Shown here: piece after piece, positions 1 to 9,122 of the stretch
Layout of the letters: every line of letters starts with the position of its first letter
Position numbering within the stretch: the stretch's first letter is position 1
Virus record (IMG/VR): IMGVR_UViG_3300029171_000011
Location: 1-51,812 of that record
Reading direction: 5' to 3' (one strand)
Source: a virus
Taxonomy: Duplodnaviria; Caudoviricetes
Length of the DNA stretch: 51,812 nucleotides
Program-made: the position numbers and the translations under genes
Notes under the pieces: model-generated
What the model saw: the letters and a program-made list of their open reading frames with translations, nothing else
What the model was told of the DNA's origin: nothing
The model's database searches: none

Positions 1-99
1 ACCCTCGGAGCCGGGCTGTCTTTCAGTTCCGGAACGCTGAACGGGGCGTTCCTACCCCTCACCCTGACAGGCGCAACCGAAGTAAACACCGCCGGGCAA
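1..99. repeat. Direct repeat R1, identical to 50252-50350 (inside fibre gene)
   Basis: Exact 99-nt match read from the sequence; the copies diverge afterwards (tcgctacggttc vs acgctccggatt). Confidence 0.97.
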
Positions 100-1206
100 T
101 CGCTACGGTTCCGGGACGCGGGTGCATACCCGGATGTGTTCATGAACACGAATTATTTCATTGCTTCCAGTTCGGTAAACAACTACGTGGATATTGGGTC
201 AGTGGCCAACCGTGTCCACGTTATCAGCGACGGCCTGATCGAACTCAATAGCTCGGTGAACACCTCCCTGATTACAACCGGGCGCTTGCTCATAGACGGG
301 GACAGCACTGTGCTTTCCGGCACCTTGCCCGTAAACACCAACGCCACGCACGTCTTGGTACGGGACGCGGTTACGGAGCGGGTGGAGGAAAAGGCGATTT
401 CGACAATAGGAAGCGGGGTGTATTTGCCGTTGTCGCTTGCGGGTGCTACGGAAGTGGTCACGAATGGAAACCAGTTGACTCTTAGAGATTCAGACACAAA
501 CCCCTATATGGCGATCACTTCCGGAACATGGGAAGCAGGGACATCAGCAGGAACGCTTATCAATCTAACGGGGGCAGATGTGAGCATAGATGCGGGCGCG
601 ACAGGTGGGGACATTGCAATGTATGCAGCCAACACGTTAAGCATTGAAACAGAGAACAATATCAATGTTGTTACCAATAGCGGGAACATAAGCATTCAAG
701 CAACATATAATAGCGGCAGCGAAGACGTAACCGTTTACGCACCGGACAAACTAAGTTTGCAAGCTGAAGGACAAATTGAGATGCTGGCAGACGTAAATTG
801 TATCGGCGAAATGGCGGTACCTCACATGGTCGGAAACTCGGCGGCACCGACGTTAGGAATCGCCAACGCCGGAACGGGTGCGACTGTTACGGGTTACAGT
901 TCAGAGAACAGCATCTTATCAGGCCGATTCACCTTCACAACTGGCACGGGCGCTATGGCAGGCGGAAATGTAATAACGGTAACGCTTTCAGGTGCACCGC
1001 TTTTCCCGCAAATTCCAATCGTTCAAATCGGAGCCGACGCAACAAAAGATACAGCGGGTGGATTGGCGGCTGCCGTGCTTTTGGGTGCCGGAAAGGCTGT
1101 CCCTATTGCAACAACAACATCAGCTTTCGTCCTATACATAGACGCGACCGGGCTTGCAAATTCAACGCGGTACGACTTCACGTATACGATTTCATCAGCT
1201 AATTAA
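1..1206 (+). CDS. Alternative C-terminal part (allele A) of the tail fibre/adhesin, 5'-truncated by the contig edge
   Basis: Frame open from base 1; begins TLGAGLSFSSGTLNGAFLPLTLTGATEVNTAGQ exactly as in the 48281-51133 protein; Gly/Thr/Asn-rich beta-type sequence. Confidence 0.85.
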   Translation, partial: TLGAGLSFSSGTLNGAFLPLTLTGATEVNTAGQSLRFRDAGAYPDVFMNTNYFIASSSVNNYVDIGSVANRVHVISDGLIELNSSVNTSLITTGRLLIDGDSTVLSGTLPVNTNATHVLVRDAVTERVEEKAISTIGSGVYLPLSLAGATEVVTNGNQLTLRDSDTNPYMAITSGTWEAGTSAGTLINLTGADVSIDAGATGGDIAMYAANTLSIETENNINVVTNSGNISIQATYNSGSEDVTVYAPDKLSLQAEGQIEMLADVNCIGEMAVPHMVGNSAAPTLGIANAGTGATVTGYSSENSILSGRFTFTTGTGAMAGGNVITVTLSGAPLFPQIPIVQIGADATKDTAGGLAAAVLLGAGKAVPIATTTSAFVLYIDATGLANSTRYDFTYTISSAN

Positions 1207-1212
1207 TCAGAC

Positions 1213-1863
1213 ATGAAAAAGATACTTTTCCTACTTGCATTCATCCCCGCGCTGACACAGGCGCAAGAGCGAAGCCTCGACACCGACAGCCTCGGAGCGC
1301 TTACAAACGTGGCGGGCGTGTTCTTCCAAACCCGATTCCTTGTGTACAGTAACGGGGAATCAGAAACCTACACAACCCGCATAGGCGATACCGCGACGGT
1401 TCGCAACTTCCTGACCAATCAAGTGATCGAAACCGGAAACGTGTTTGCACAGGCAGCTGTAATCGTAATGAACCGATCCAAATACGTGAACAAAATCCGG
1501 GACATCGCCGGGGCCGCAACAACCGCAATCGGAGCCGATGTTTTTAAGGATATTCGGGCTTTGTATTACACCGAATTTGTGGATTCGGCGCTGACCGACA
1601 AGGCATGGACGTGGCGAAACGGGGGCAGCACCGACCTCCTGATCCGGTACATGGCAAACGGGAATCTCCGGGTTTCGGGCCTGCCGGGGATCAGTGGTGC
1701 AACCCGTAACCTCGATATGTTCGGGGCGAACTGGATCAGGATACAGAACTACCCGACGGGATCAGTCACGTACCTATACCGATTGCGCCGGGGCCGCTGG
1801 TTTACGATAGACCGCGCGATTGAGCTAAGAATGACGGGCATAAATTTAAACGGAACGCAATGA
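1213..1863 (+). CDS. Secreted protein with Sec signal peptide (MKKILFLLAFIPALTQA|QE)
   Basis: 216-aa ORF; n/h/c-region signal peptide with Gln at +1. Confidence 0.8.
   Translation: MKKILFLLAFIPALTQAQERSLDTDSLGALTNVAGVFFQTRFLVYSNGESETYTTRIGDTATVRNFLTNQVIETGNVFAQAAVIVMNRSKYVNKIRDIAGAATTAIGADVFKDIRALYYTEFVDSALTDKAWTWRNGGSTDLLIRYMANGNLRVSGLPGISGATRNLDMFGANWIRIQNYPTGSVTYLYRLRRGRWFTIDRAIELRMTGINLNGTQ
1261..1372. repeat. Direct repeat R2, identical to 51684-51795
   Basis: Exact 112-nt match to the contig end before the primer remnant. Confidence 0.97.
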
Positions 1864-2372
1864 AAAAGTACACCATTGCGCCCGGCAAGCACGACTTTAA
1901 GCCGACGGACAGCTTCGCCCTTTCCTCGCCCCTGATCCGGGACAGGACGTTCCGGGTAAAGTTCGGGGCGGATTGTAACTACACCTTGCCCGGCGAAGAC
2001 CAGGACGACTGGAACAAGGGCGGGGGCTTCTCCTTCTCCTTGTTCTCAAACACCAAAGAGGCAATTATGTGGGCGTGGCGGTGGAATCCGGTAATCGAAA
2101 GAATCCAGCTTTGCGCGTACTGGCACGTCAAAGGCAAGGCGTTTTATGCAGAAACCGAAAACGATTTCCCCTTTGCCGTGGCGCTTGATCAGGAATTTAC
2201 CGTGCGCATTTATAAGCCGGGCGTGAAGTGGCACGTAACGTTTCAGACGATAGACGGAACCAAGACGATAGAAACGACGGCACAGGGCCGCCCGTGCCGC
2301 CCCATCGGGCTATGGTTCGGGGGCAATCAACCGGCTCCCAAAGCAATGACCGTATTTATTGACAAACTATAA
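1860..2372 (+). CDS. Hypothetical Trp-rich beta-sandwich protein (possibly lectin/ConA-like)
   Basis: 170-aa ORF with ATGA overlap to upstream gene; DWNKGGGFSF...WAWRWNP; fold is a guess. Confidence 0.65.
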   Translation: MKKYTIAPGKHDFKPTDSFALSSPLIRDRTFRVKFGADCNYTLPGEDQDDWNKGGGFSFSLFSNTKEAIMWAWRWNPVIERIQLCAYWHVKGKAFYAETENDFPFAVALDQEFTVRIYKPGVKWHVTFQTIDGTKTIETTAQGRPCRPIGLWFGGNQPAPKAMTVFIDKL

Positions 2373-2382
2373 AAACACAACC

Positions 2383-2829
2383 ATGAAAAAATGGAATTGG
2401 AGTAAAATTATGCAGGCTATCCTTTTGCTGATCGGCGCAATTGGTGGCACTGCCTACGGACTTGAAACGGCAGGCGTGATTGATTTGAACCCCGAACCCG
2501 TACAAGTCCAAAGCGAACCCCTCGCAGCCGTGCCGGGTGCCCCTGTATCCTACACGGCGGACGTGGTGGTTATCTGGAAGAAAACAAACACGGCGCTACC
2601 TGATGCGCAGTATTTAGCCGTCACGCACCGGATAAGCCTGCCAACCGCGCCCAATATCGGCAGCGCGTTTAACGTCGTCCGGGACAGTTTTGTAAACGGA
2701 AAGATCAAAGCGCCGGTGGATGATTTTGTCCCGGTGTACGGGTACTCGGTTGTCGTTGTGTCGCGGTCGGGTAAAACGCTGGCGGAGCCGCCGGGAAAGA
2801 CTACACCCCCTACTCCTGAAACAAAGTAA
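2383..2829 (+). CDS. Exported or membrane-anchored hypothetical protein
   Basis: MKKWNWSKIMQAILLLIGAIGGTAYG hydrophobic N-terminus; A-rich leader before ATG 2383. Confidence 0.7.
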   Translation: MKKWNWSKIMQAILLLIGAIGGTAYGLETAGVIDLNPEPVQVQSEPLAAVPGAPVSYTADVVVIWKKTNTALPDAQYLAVTHRISLPTAPNIGSAFNVVRDSFVNGKIKAPVDDFVPVYGYSVVVVSRSGKTLAEPPGKTTPPTPETK

Positions 2830-3035
2830 AAAAGCCCGCGCTTGTGGCACGAGCTTCTCAATATAACCCCAAAAAACCAAATGAAAACCAAAATGAAAAA
2901 TCAAACCTAAAACCCTATCGGCTACAAATATAACCGCATTCCACCAAATGTGCAAGACATTTTTTTCTATCTGTCCCTCCCCCTACCGTTGCCTTCACGG
3001 GCGCGGTAGGTTTTTTGAAAATAAAAATAACAACC

Positions 3036-4505
3036 ATGAAAGTTAAATTCCTTTCTTTACTTTTTACCTGCCTTGCCCTTGTCGGCTTTGCGCAGGAATC
3101 GGAGCCGGATTTCATCCTCCCTCCCTTTACCGCCGAATACGACGCCACCCGCACCCTTGCCCAAACCGTGGATTACTGGCACCCCCTGATGGAATCAGAC
3201 CAGGCGTGGAACAAAAGCCGGGGGGCGGGGACGGTTGTCTTCATCCTTGACACCGGGCAAAACCCACACCCTGACCTTAGCCAGAATGGGCAACAGCACA
3301 ACTTCAACACCACCCCCGAACCGATGGCGGATGGCAACGGACACGGCTCTTATTGCGCCGGGGTTATCGGTGCGCAGAATAATACGTTCGGGGCGCTGGG
3401 TATTGCCCCTGATGCTATTATCGTTTCCGGCAAAGTCATGCGCAACAACGGAACTGGAAGCAGTACGGAGATTGCGGCGGGGATCAGGCGGGCGGCGGAT
3501 GTTTACACCGCCAATTTCAGCAGCTACGTCGGCATAATTTCTATGTCGTTTGGCGGGGGTTCCCCTATGCCCGACGTGGAGGAGGCGCTATTGTATGCCG
3601 CATCAAAGGGCATGGTCTTAGTGGCAAGCGCCGGTAATTCCGGCTTTGGCGGAACGGGTAATACAATGGGCTACCCCGCCCGGTACGAACCTGTTATTTC
3701 CGTTGCCGCCATTGGTCAGAACCTTACCCCCGCCCCGTTTTCAAGCGGCGGGGACGGGCTGGACTGTACCGCCTTCGGGGTTTCGATCTATTCCACAAAC
3801 AATAACGGTGGTTATGCCCGCGTTTCCGGCACCTCGTTTTCCGGGCCAATGGTCGCGGGGGTTTGCGCGTTAATCGGATCGTACCACAAAACCGCACTAC
3901 TAACGGGCGACAAAACCAAGATAAACGAACGGGTGCAGGAACACCTGCGCAAGTACGCCACCGACCTGACGGGTACGGGCTACGGCGCGGGGTGGGATAA
4001 CCGAACGGGGTACGGCCTGCCAAAAGCCACCGTACTGGATAAAGCACTTCCCGGCGGCGGCGGTACAAATCCGCCCCCACCAACGCGGGCGGCAAGAAAC
4101 ATAAACGTAACGGTACCGGATTCCTATGTGATGCAGTGGAGGCCTGAAAATAGCGAGGTGTTTCAAACGCTGAATTTGAAGTTTGAGGTAAGGCACCTAA
4201 GCAAAAAGAACGCTGTTCCCGCGCATCAGGACGCGGTGGGGTGGGTTGCGAACTTCTTCTTTCAACGGGGATTTATCCTCATGGCGAACGATGATGAATG
4301 GGAAGCGCTGTTTTGGGCGCGACACTTTACGGAAGTAATCAGCAAGGTACAGGGCGTCCCGCTTGTTTGCATGCGCCTGACTGCGACAACGGAAGGCGGG
4401 CAAGTGTTTACCCTATCCGACAACGAAAGGCGACAGGGACAGGCGACGAAGGTCAAGGCTGGGGTGAAACGGGGGGTTATGACGGTGAGCTTTTCGGGGG
4501 AGTAG
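3036..4505 (+). CDS. Secreted subtilisin-family (S8) serine protease with unknown C-terminal domain
   Basis: Catalytic motifs ILDTG (Asp), GHGSYCAG (His), SAGN (oxyanion Asn), SGTSFSGP (Ser); signal peptide MKVKFLSLLFTCLALVGFA|Q; GGGGTNPPPPT linker. Confidence 0.95.
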   Translation: MKVKFLSLLFTCLALVGFAQESEPDFILPPFTAEYDATRTLAQTVDYWHPLMESDQAWNKSRGAGTVVFILDTGQNPHPDLSQNGQQHNFNTTPEPMADGNGHGSYCAGVIGAQNNTFGALGIAPDAIIVSGKVMRNNGTGSSTEIAAGIRRAADVYTANFSSYVGIISMSFGGGSPMPDVEEALLYAASKGMVLVASAGNSGFGGTGNTMGYPARYEPVISVAAIGQNLTPAPFSSGGDGLDCTAFGVSIYSTNNNGGYARVSGTSFSGPMVAGVCALIGSYHKTALLTGDKTKINERVQEHLRKYATDLTGTGYGAGWDNRTGYGLPKATVLDKALPGGGGTNPPPPTRAARNINVTVPDSYVMQWRPENSEVFQTLNLKFEVRHLSKKNAVPAHQDAVGWVANFFFQRGFILMANDDEWEALFWARHFTEVISKVQGVPLVCMRLTATTEGGQVFTLSDNERRQGQATKVKAGVKRGVMTVSFSGE

Positions 4506-4818
4506 GAAAATAAACAGCTTCCACGCCTTCGATAAGGTATTGTAACTGTGCCTTCATTATTTCCCCGGCAACGGCGGTATCGTACTCAACGAACCATTGC
4601 TCGCGTTCGCCTTGTTCAAAGTTGCGGGAATGCACCACAGTGGAAGCCATAAGGTTGCTATCCTTCACAAGGACAACGGCGTGGCGGAGCGATTGAATTG
4701 TGGCGGCGCGGGGGTGCGGGCCTGCCAGCAGGTAGAACTCGATATTGCCGTCTTTTATTCTTGCTACCCTTGTGCCAACAGGTAGATGAGCTAATTGCGC
4801 TTCGGTGAGCCTTTTCAT
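4477..4818 (-). CDS. Hypothetical protein
   Basis: 113-aa ORF downstream of a boxed promoter; 3' end overlaps the protease gene convergently. Confidence 0.65.
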   Translation of the reverse strand: MKRLTEAQLAHLPVGTRVARIKDGNIEFYLLAGPHPRAATIQSLRHAVVLVKDSNLMASTVVHSRNFEQGEREQWFVEYDTAVAGEIMKAQLQYLIEGVEAVYFPTPPKSSPS

Positions 4819-4847
4819 TTTTGAATTAGTTTAGTTAATTAATAGTT

Positions 4848-4913
4848 CAAATTTACCCTCACCCCCGCAACCGTCAAATTATTACCGACCATCCGCCCCG
4901 AAAAACCGACAGA
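4848..4913 (-). promoter_or_regulatory. Boxed promoter P1
   Basis: TAAATTTG (4855-4848), TTTG 19 nt upstream, boxes TCTGTCGG/ATGGTCGG with 21-bp period. Confidence 0.7.
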
Positions 4914-4958
4914 AGTACCAAAAACTCGGTTTATCTGCATACCACACACAAACGTATT

Positions 4959-5390
4959 ATGAAAGCTAAACTCATACACATGAGCAGATTAACCAAATTT
5001 GCATTTTGGGCTGAATCGGTATTATCACAGTTTGCCGGGTTCCTGATCCAGTTCTTTACCCCCCTTGCCCCATTCATCCTGGTAACGACATTACTGGTTT
5101 TTATAGACCAGTTCACCGGGCGGCGGGCGGCAAAGAAACGCGGGGAACAAATCACGAGCGGCGGCATGAAGCGGACAATCGAAAAGCTGGCATTGTACCT
5201 GCTTTCCCTTGTCGCAGCCGAGGCCGTGTACCGGGTGTTTCTCATGCAGTCTATTCCGCAAGCGCATTTAACCTACGGGGTTGCGGCGCAAATCGCATTC
5301 ACCGAACTGAAAAGCAACTTGGAAAACGTGGGGGAAGTGACGGGAACAAAGATCAACCTCATCACTATGATCCGGTTTTGGAAAAGGTAG
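4959..5390 (+). CDS. Phage holin (holin family 4-like)
   Basis: TM helices and LVFIDQFTGRRAAKKRGEQITSGGMKRTIEK...ELKSNLENV pattern; basic C-terminus. Confidence 0.8.
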   Translation: MKAKLIHMSRLTKFAFWAESVLSQFAGFLIQFFTPLAPFILVTTLLVFIDQFTGRRAAKKRGEQITSGGMKRTIEKLALYLLSLVAAEAVYRVFLMQSIPQAHLTYGVAAQIAFTELKSNLENVGEVTGTKINLITMIRFWKR

Positions 5391-5422
5391 GCATTTATAA
5401 ATTTACATAAATTTACACAACC

Positions 5423-5758
5423 ATGAAAGAGACAACAGAATTGGGCGCATGGATTGCGCAAACGTTTGGCATTCTTTTTATGAAGCTAAAGGACGGCTTC
5501 CAGCCCGGCGAGGATTTATTGGCGTTGCTCCCGCAACTCGTTACGGCAAGCCCTGCATTTTCCGGGCTGCAAGCCCTTGACGATGAGGCGGCGAAAGCGG
5601 ACGTGCAAAGCGTGGATGATTTGTTCGCTTTGATGGCGACGCATTTGGTATCGGGTGGAATGAACCCGCTTGTTGCCAATGCCATCACGTCGGGTTTGAA
5701 AGCGGGCTACTTGGCTTATTGCGCATCGTTGCAACGCGCACCCACACCCGAAGCCTAA
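5423..5758 (+). CDS. Hypothetical helical protein
   Basis: 111-aa ORF with A-rich leader after the holin. Confidence 0.7.
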   Translation: MKETTELGAWIAQTFGILFMKLKDGFQPGEDLLALLPQLVTASPAFSGLQALDDEAAKADVQSVDDLFALMATHLVSGGMNPLVANAITSGLKAGYLAYCASLQRAPTPEA

Positions 5759-5844
5759 TTTCATGGGATGTACCAACAGGTACGTTACGCGCCGGGCAGG
5801 AATGGAAACGCCCGGCGCTCTTTGGGGAGGCCAGGCTTTCTCCT

Positions 5845-6372
5845 TTAGAATGACCAATCGTAATGATAATCGCAAACTCCAAAAATCACGTTTACTTTAG
5901 GACTTCTTTTGGCGCCTCGCGTTACGCCATCCACAATGTTTTGCGGCATGATGTCTTCGTCATAAATTTGCTTAAATAGCAGAGGGTTGTTTTTAGACAA
6001 CCAGATTCCGATATAATCAGAGGGGATGGTTTTTATAAACTCTTTGGTAAAAACCACCTCAATGTAAGGCTGCACCCAATTACCATTTTTAAATACCAGC
6101 GTTTTGAAATAGCCGCTTGGTTCGTGCTTCCAATCTTGGTGGCCATGCTGCTTGTTGGTTCGGTCTGCGCTGGTGTTGCAGGTTTCAATCTTTACAGTCA
6201 ATTTTTTTTCATCCCATTCGCGCACTATGCCCACACTGCGGTCTGAATAGCTTAGGAAAGTACAGTATTCGCCAACCACAGGAACGGTTGCATTGTTGCT
6301 CATCAACTGGTTTTGAAAAGAACCAGCGCGGCCTACTCTTTGGCCTTTCTGCGTTAAACTTTGCGTTGTCAT
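5845..6372 (-). CDS. Hypothetical protein
   Basis: 175 aa from ATG 6372, downstream of boxed promoter P2. Confidence 0.7.
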   Translation of the reverse strand: MTTQSLTQKGQRVGRAGSFQNQLMSNNATVPVVGEYCTFLSYSDRSVGIVREWDEKKLTVKIETCNTSADRTNKQHGHQDWKHEPSGYFKTLVFKNGNWVQPYIEVVFTKEFIKTIPSDYIGIWLSKNNPLLFKQIYDEDIMPQNIVDGVTRGAKRSPKVNVIFGVCDYHYDWSF

Positions 6373-6403
6373 TGTCGTAAATTGTTGATTGTTAATGATA
6401 CTA

Positions 6404-6470
6404 CAAATATACCACCACCCGCCCACGAAACCCAAAAACGATCTACCAAAGTCGGCAGTTTATAGACGAA
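6404..6470 (-). promoter_or_regulatory. Boxed promoter P2
   Basis: TATATTTG; boxes TTCGTCTA/TTGGTAGA with 21-bp period, proximal box 38 nt upstream of the TA. Confidence 0.8.
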
Positions 6471-6487
6471 TGCAACCACCCGCCCGA

Positions 6488-6700
6488 CTAATCTTCAATT
6501 AACTTGTACCCCGCACACCGCCCTGGCTTACCGAGCCGGGTGGTGAAGCGTATTACGTAGCTTTCTATCTTGTACCCCTGCTTTTTCAGGTCAAAGATAC
6601 GGGCGGCAAGACGGTGAACGCCATACTTTTCGCGGGCAACCATATCGGTAATCGAGCCGCGTTTTTTCAGGTGGGCAAGGATTTGGTCGCGCTGGTTCAT
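6488..6700 (-). CDS. Small winged helix-turn-helix protein (HTH_39-like)
   Basis: QRDQILAHLKKRGSITDMVAREKYGVHRLAARIFDLKKQGYKI pattern; ATGA coupling to upstream membrane gene. Confidence 0.85.
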   Translation of the reverse strand: MNQRDQILAHLKKRGSITDMVAREKYGVHRLAARIFDLKKQGYKIESYVIRFTTRLGKPGRCAGYKLIED

Positions 6701-8256
6701 GCGTTTTCGTGTTCATACGGGCCTAATACATCAAATTCGTATTCATTCTCCACCCCCCCGGCTACCTTTCCGCCACGGGTTATGATCCAGCAGTTACTAC
6801 CCTCTTTTATTTCTGCCCTGTACCCGTTTGCCCGAAGCCACGCGGCCTGCTGTTGTACCTTTGCGTCAGTTGCCCCCCGGTAAGTCGAAGCCGCCCGGAA
6901 ACGTTTCACAAAAGCCTTAACGGCTTCGCGGTCGTCCGGGCTGGGGTAAGCGGCATCCCCTACCCCGGCCCCGGTGTCTGTCTGTTTTTCTGTTCTGTGC
7001 GCGTTCTGTCCGACTTCTGTCTTAATATCTATGTTCTGTGTTTTTTCTGTCCAATTTCTGTCTAAATTCTGTTCTGCCCCCTCCCGGCTCCGTTCTTTCT
7101 GTCTTTCCGCGTCCCGGTTCCAGTGTTCTCGCTCCCTGATCTGTTCGGGGGATAGGGTACGGCCTAATGCGTCTGTCTTGGTTGCTGTGCGGGGGAGAGT
7201 AGCCACAATTGTACCGTCCCCCTGCACCTGGAAATCTACACGATCCTTTACGCCAAGCGCACGGGCAAGGCCGGAAAGCATACCCTCGTTTGCCTTGCTT
7301 CCAAATGCGCCGAAAACCTTACCCGCGCTGACTTTCGGGGTTAAATTGTCGCCCGTTGTGACCTCGTATATCTGCACCATAAAGCAGGCCACCACGAACA
7401 TTATGCCCGCTGCCCACATGATAAAAACCATCATTCCAACCCACCGGCCCTTTTGCGTTTCGGCACCTGTTACCTCCTTTTCAAGTAGCGCAATTGCTTT
7501 CCCGTTTGCCGCATCCACCTTGCCCCCGCTTGTCTTAACGAAGGCCGCCAGGGCGTTTTCTGCTTTGGACAGATTCTTTTCTGCCTTAGACAGATCGCGT
7601 CTGTGTTTCTGTGCAGCGCGGGTTTCCGCTTTTTGGACTTCTGACTTTGCCCATGCGTTCCCGCCCGATGCAAGCCGTCTCAATTCACCTGAAACGGAAG
7701 CGGAGACAGAGGTTTTCTGTGCGTTTTTAACTTCCGCCAGCGCGGTTTCTGCCCGCTCCACGGCGCGGTCGTATGTCTTTCTGTTTGACTCGAACGTGTT
7801 GTTGTTGCCGGCCACAATGTTACCGAAAACGCCGGTGTCTGCATCGGCTGCGAGGGCGTCTCCAAGTTCGGGGGAAACAACCAGGTTTGTAAGCAGCGTT
7901 CCGGCGAACATTACCACCGCCACGCCCACAGCGAGCAGGTCAAAGAAACGCATAGCCCACTTGCCCTGATCCAGTTTTACAGCCGGGGTACGAACGCCAA
8001 ACCAGCCCAAAACAACGGACACTGCATAGGGAAGGAATACCAGGATTTTGCGGTCAAGCAGGAAGTAAAGCCCGAACCCGGCGGCAATGGCGGCGATCCG
8101 GTGCAGGGTAGGAGAAAGGATTTCGGCAAGCTGATTCCAGTTCATTGTCAACTGCCAGCCGACTACGGCGGTGCCGAGGGCTAAGACTACGTGCGCGGCC
8201 ATCATTACGGCGCGGGCATTGGCCGCTATGTCGCGGCGCGGGTTGTTGTGTGTCAT
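6697..8256 (-). CDS. Multi-pass membrane protein with coiled coil, low-complexity linker and small basic C-terminal domain
   Basis: 519 aa; several N-terminal TM helices, Ala/Lys/Glu coiled coil, a further TM helix; own TATATTTG promoter at 8295-8288. Confidence 0.85.
   Translation of the reverse strand: MTHNNPRRDIAANARAVMMAAHVVLALGTAVVGWQLTMNWNQLAEILSPTLHRIAAIAAGFGLYFLLDRKILVFLPYAVSVVLGWFGVRTPAVKLDQGKWAMRFFDLLAVGVAVVMFAGTLLTNLVVSPELGDALAADADTGVFGNIVAGNNNTFESNRKTYDRAVERAETALAEVKNAQKTSVSASVSGELRRLASGGNAWAKSEVQKAETRAAQKHRRDLSKAEKNLSKAENALAAFVKTSGGKVDAANGKAIALLEKEVTGAETQKGRWVGMMVFIMWAAGIMFVVACFMVQIYEVTTGDNLTPKVSAGKVFGAFGSKANEGMLSGLARALGVKDRVDFQVQGDGTIVATLPRTATKTDALGRTLSPEQIREREHWNRDAERQKERSREGAEQNLDRNWTEKTQNIDIKTEVGQNAHRTEKQTDTGAGVGDAAYPSPDDREAVKAFVKRFRAASTYRGATDAKVQQQAAWLRANGYRAEIKEGSNCWIITRGGKVAGGVENEYEFDVLGPYEHENA
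6977..7176. repeat. TCTGT/ACAGA pentamer array with 11-bp phasing
   Basis: 13 exact TCTGT copies, including runs at 6994/7005/7016 and 7035/7046/7057/7068. Confidence 0.85.
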
Positions 8257-8261
8257 GTTTT

Positions 8262-8363
8262 TCTATCTGTCATAGTTAAAGAATTTACAAATATAAGTCA
8301 GAACCTTGACAGATACAACAGAAAGGTAATTCTGTGCGCACATAGAAAGAACAGAATTTCTGA
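8262..8363. repeat. TCTGT/ACAGA cluster over the promoter of the membrane-protein gene
   Basis: Exact copies at 8266, 8309, 8318, 8331, 8351 plus four one-mismatch copies. Confidence 0.7.
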
Positions 8364-8384
8364 CTTGTCCCCATTTTTTGATTC

Positions 8385-8450
8385 TCGGTCGGTAAAACCC
8401 ACTCGTTCGTCGAACACTTTGCCCTTAAAATATTTTGCGCTTTATCTTTG
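8385..8450 (+). promoter_or_regulatory. Boxed promoter P3
   Basis: Boxes TCGGTCGG (8385)/TTCGTCGA (8406), TTTG 8418, TATCTTTG 8443. Confidence 0.8.
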
Positions 8451-8484
8451 TAGTATCAATTAGCAATCAAAAAAACTTTCAACG

Positions 8485-9117
8485 ATGAAATTAGCACAGG
8501 ACGAAACGGGGTACATTTTAGTGGGCGACAGCCACCCGACTGAATGCTTTGCAGGCGGCGAGGAAGCGGTAGCCGCCTACGCAAAGGCAAATGAAACCAT
8601 TAACGGGTTTTGGAGGTCTGTTAATTCAGGTGCAAAAGTTACCTGCTGCGAGGTAGTGGTAGGGGAATACCGTTTCAAAGTATGCGTTGGTATGCCTGAA
8701 CACATCGAGGCCTACATGGACTATGTAGACCCCACCGAGGCACCCGCCCCGGTTGAACCCGAAATGCAGTACATCAACCGCCGGGAAAGTGACGGAGCAT
8801 TGTGGCCTACGTTTTGCCCGATCACGTCACCGGGTTGGGTGCAGATCGGCGCATACCCGATTGCGGGGCGGCACGAGGTGGGGGATACGGTGCTGATCTT
8901 TAACGGGTACACAGACACAGCCGAAGCTATGACAAAAGACACGGTAGTGGGGTACTTAAACGGCACGGTTCGGTTAGACGTGTTCGATATTCCCCGCCCG
9001 AATGTGTCTTACATCAACTTCTCGAAAGGCGACCACCTCACGCCCGAAGAGCGCGAAGCGTGGCACCAAGAAGCTACGGGCTACCAAGAAAGCTATTATT
9101 CAACTTTTAATCAATAA
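8485..9117 (+). CDS. Hypothetical protein
   Basis: 210-aa ORF, first gene after P3. Confidence 0.75.
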   Translation: MKLAQDETGYILVGDSHPTECFAGGEEAVAAYAKANETINGFWRSVNSGAKVTCCEVVVGEYRFKVCVGMPEHIEAYMDYVDPTEAPAPVEPEMQYINRRESDGALWPTFCPITSPGWVQIGAYPIAGRHEVGDTVLIFNGYTDTAEAMTKDTVVGYLNGTVRLDVFDIPRPNVSYINFSKGDHLTPEEREAWHQEATGYQESYYSTFNQ

Positions 9118-9122
9118 CTACT

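Noticed and set aside
1-99. Terminal repeats as true phage DTRs or att sites
   Set aside because: The repeats are staggered, lie inside coding genes and enclose alternative alleles; this fits circular overlap plus a bubble, and no integrase is seen
6977-7176. CRISPR array or mini-array
   Set aside because: Repeats are 5-6 nt with 11-bp period; I saw no 25-40-nt repeats with unique spacers anywhere in the window
6974-7969. Long antisense ORFs (also 9600-10292, 37551-38162, 39024-39959, 45895-46683)
   Set aside because: Shadow frames of Ala/Glu/Lys-rich real genes; Ser/Phe/Arg-biased with no motifs
8191-8463. ORF-track entries and N-terminal extensions containing YLCS/YICS/YFC (8191, 6435, 34093, 42574)
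   Set aside because: These are translations of TAnnTTTG promoter DNA; starts were moved to downstream ATGs
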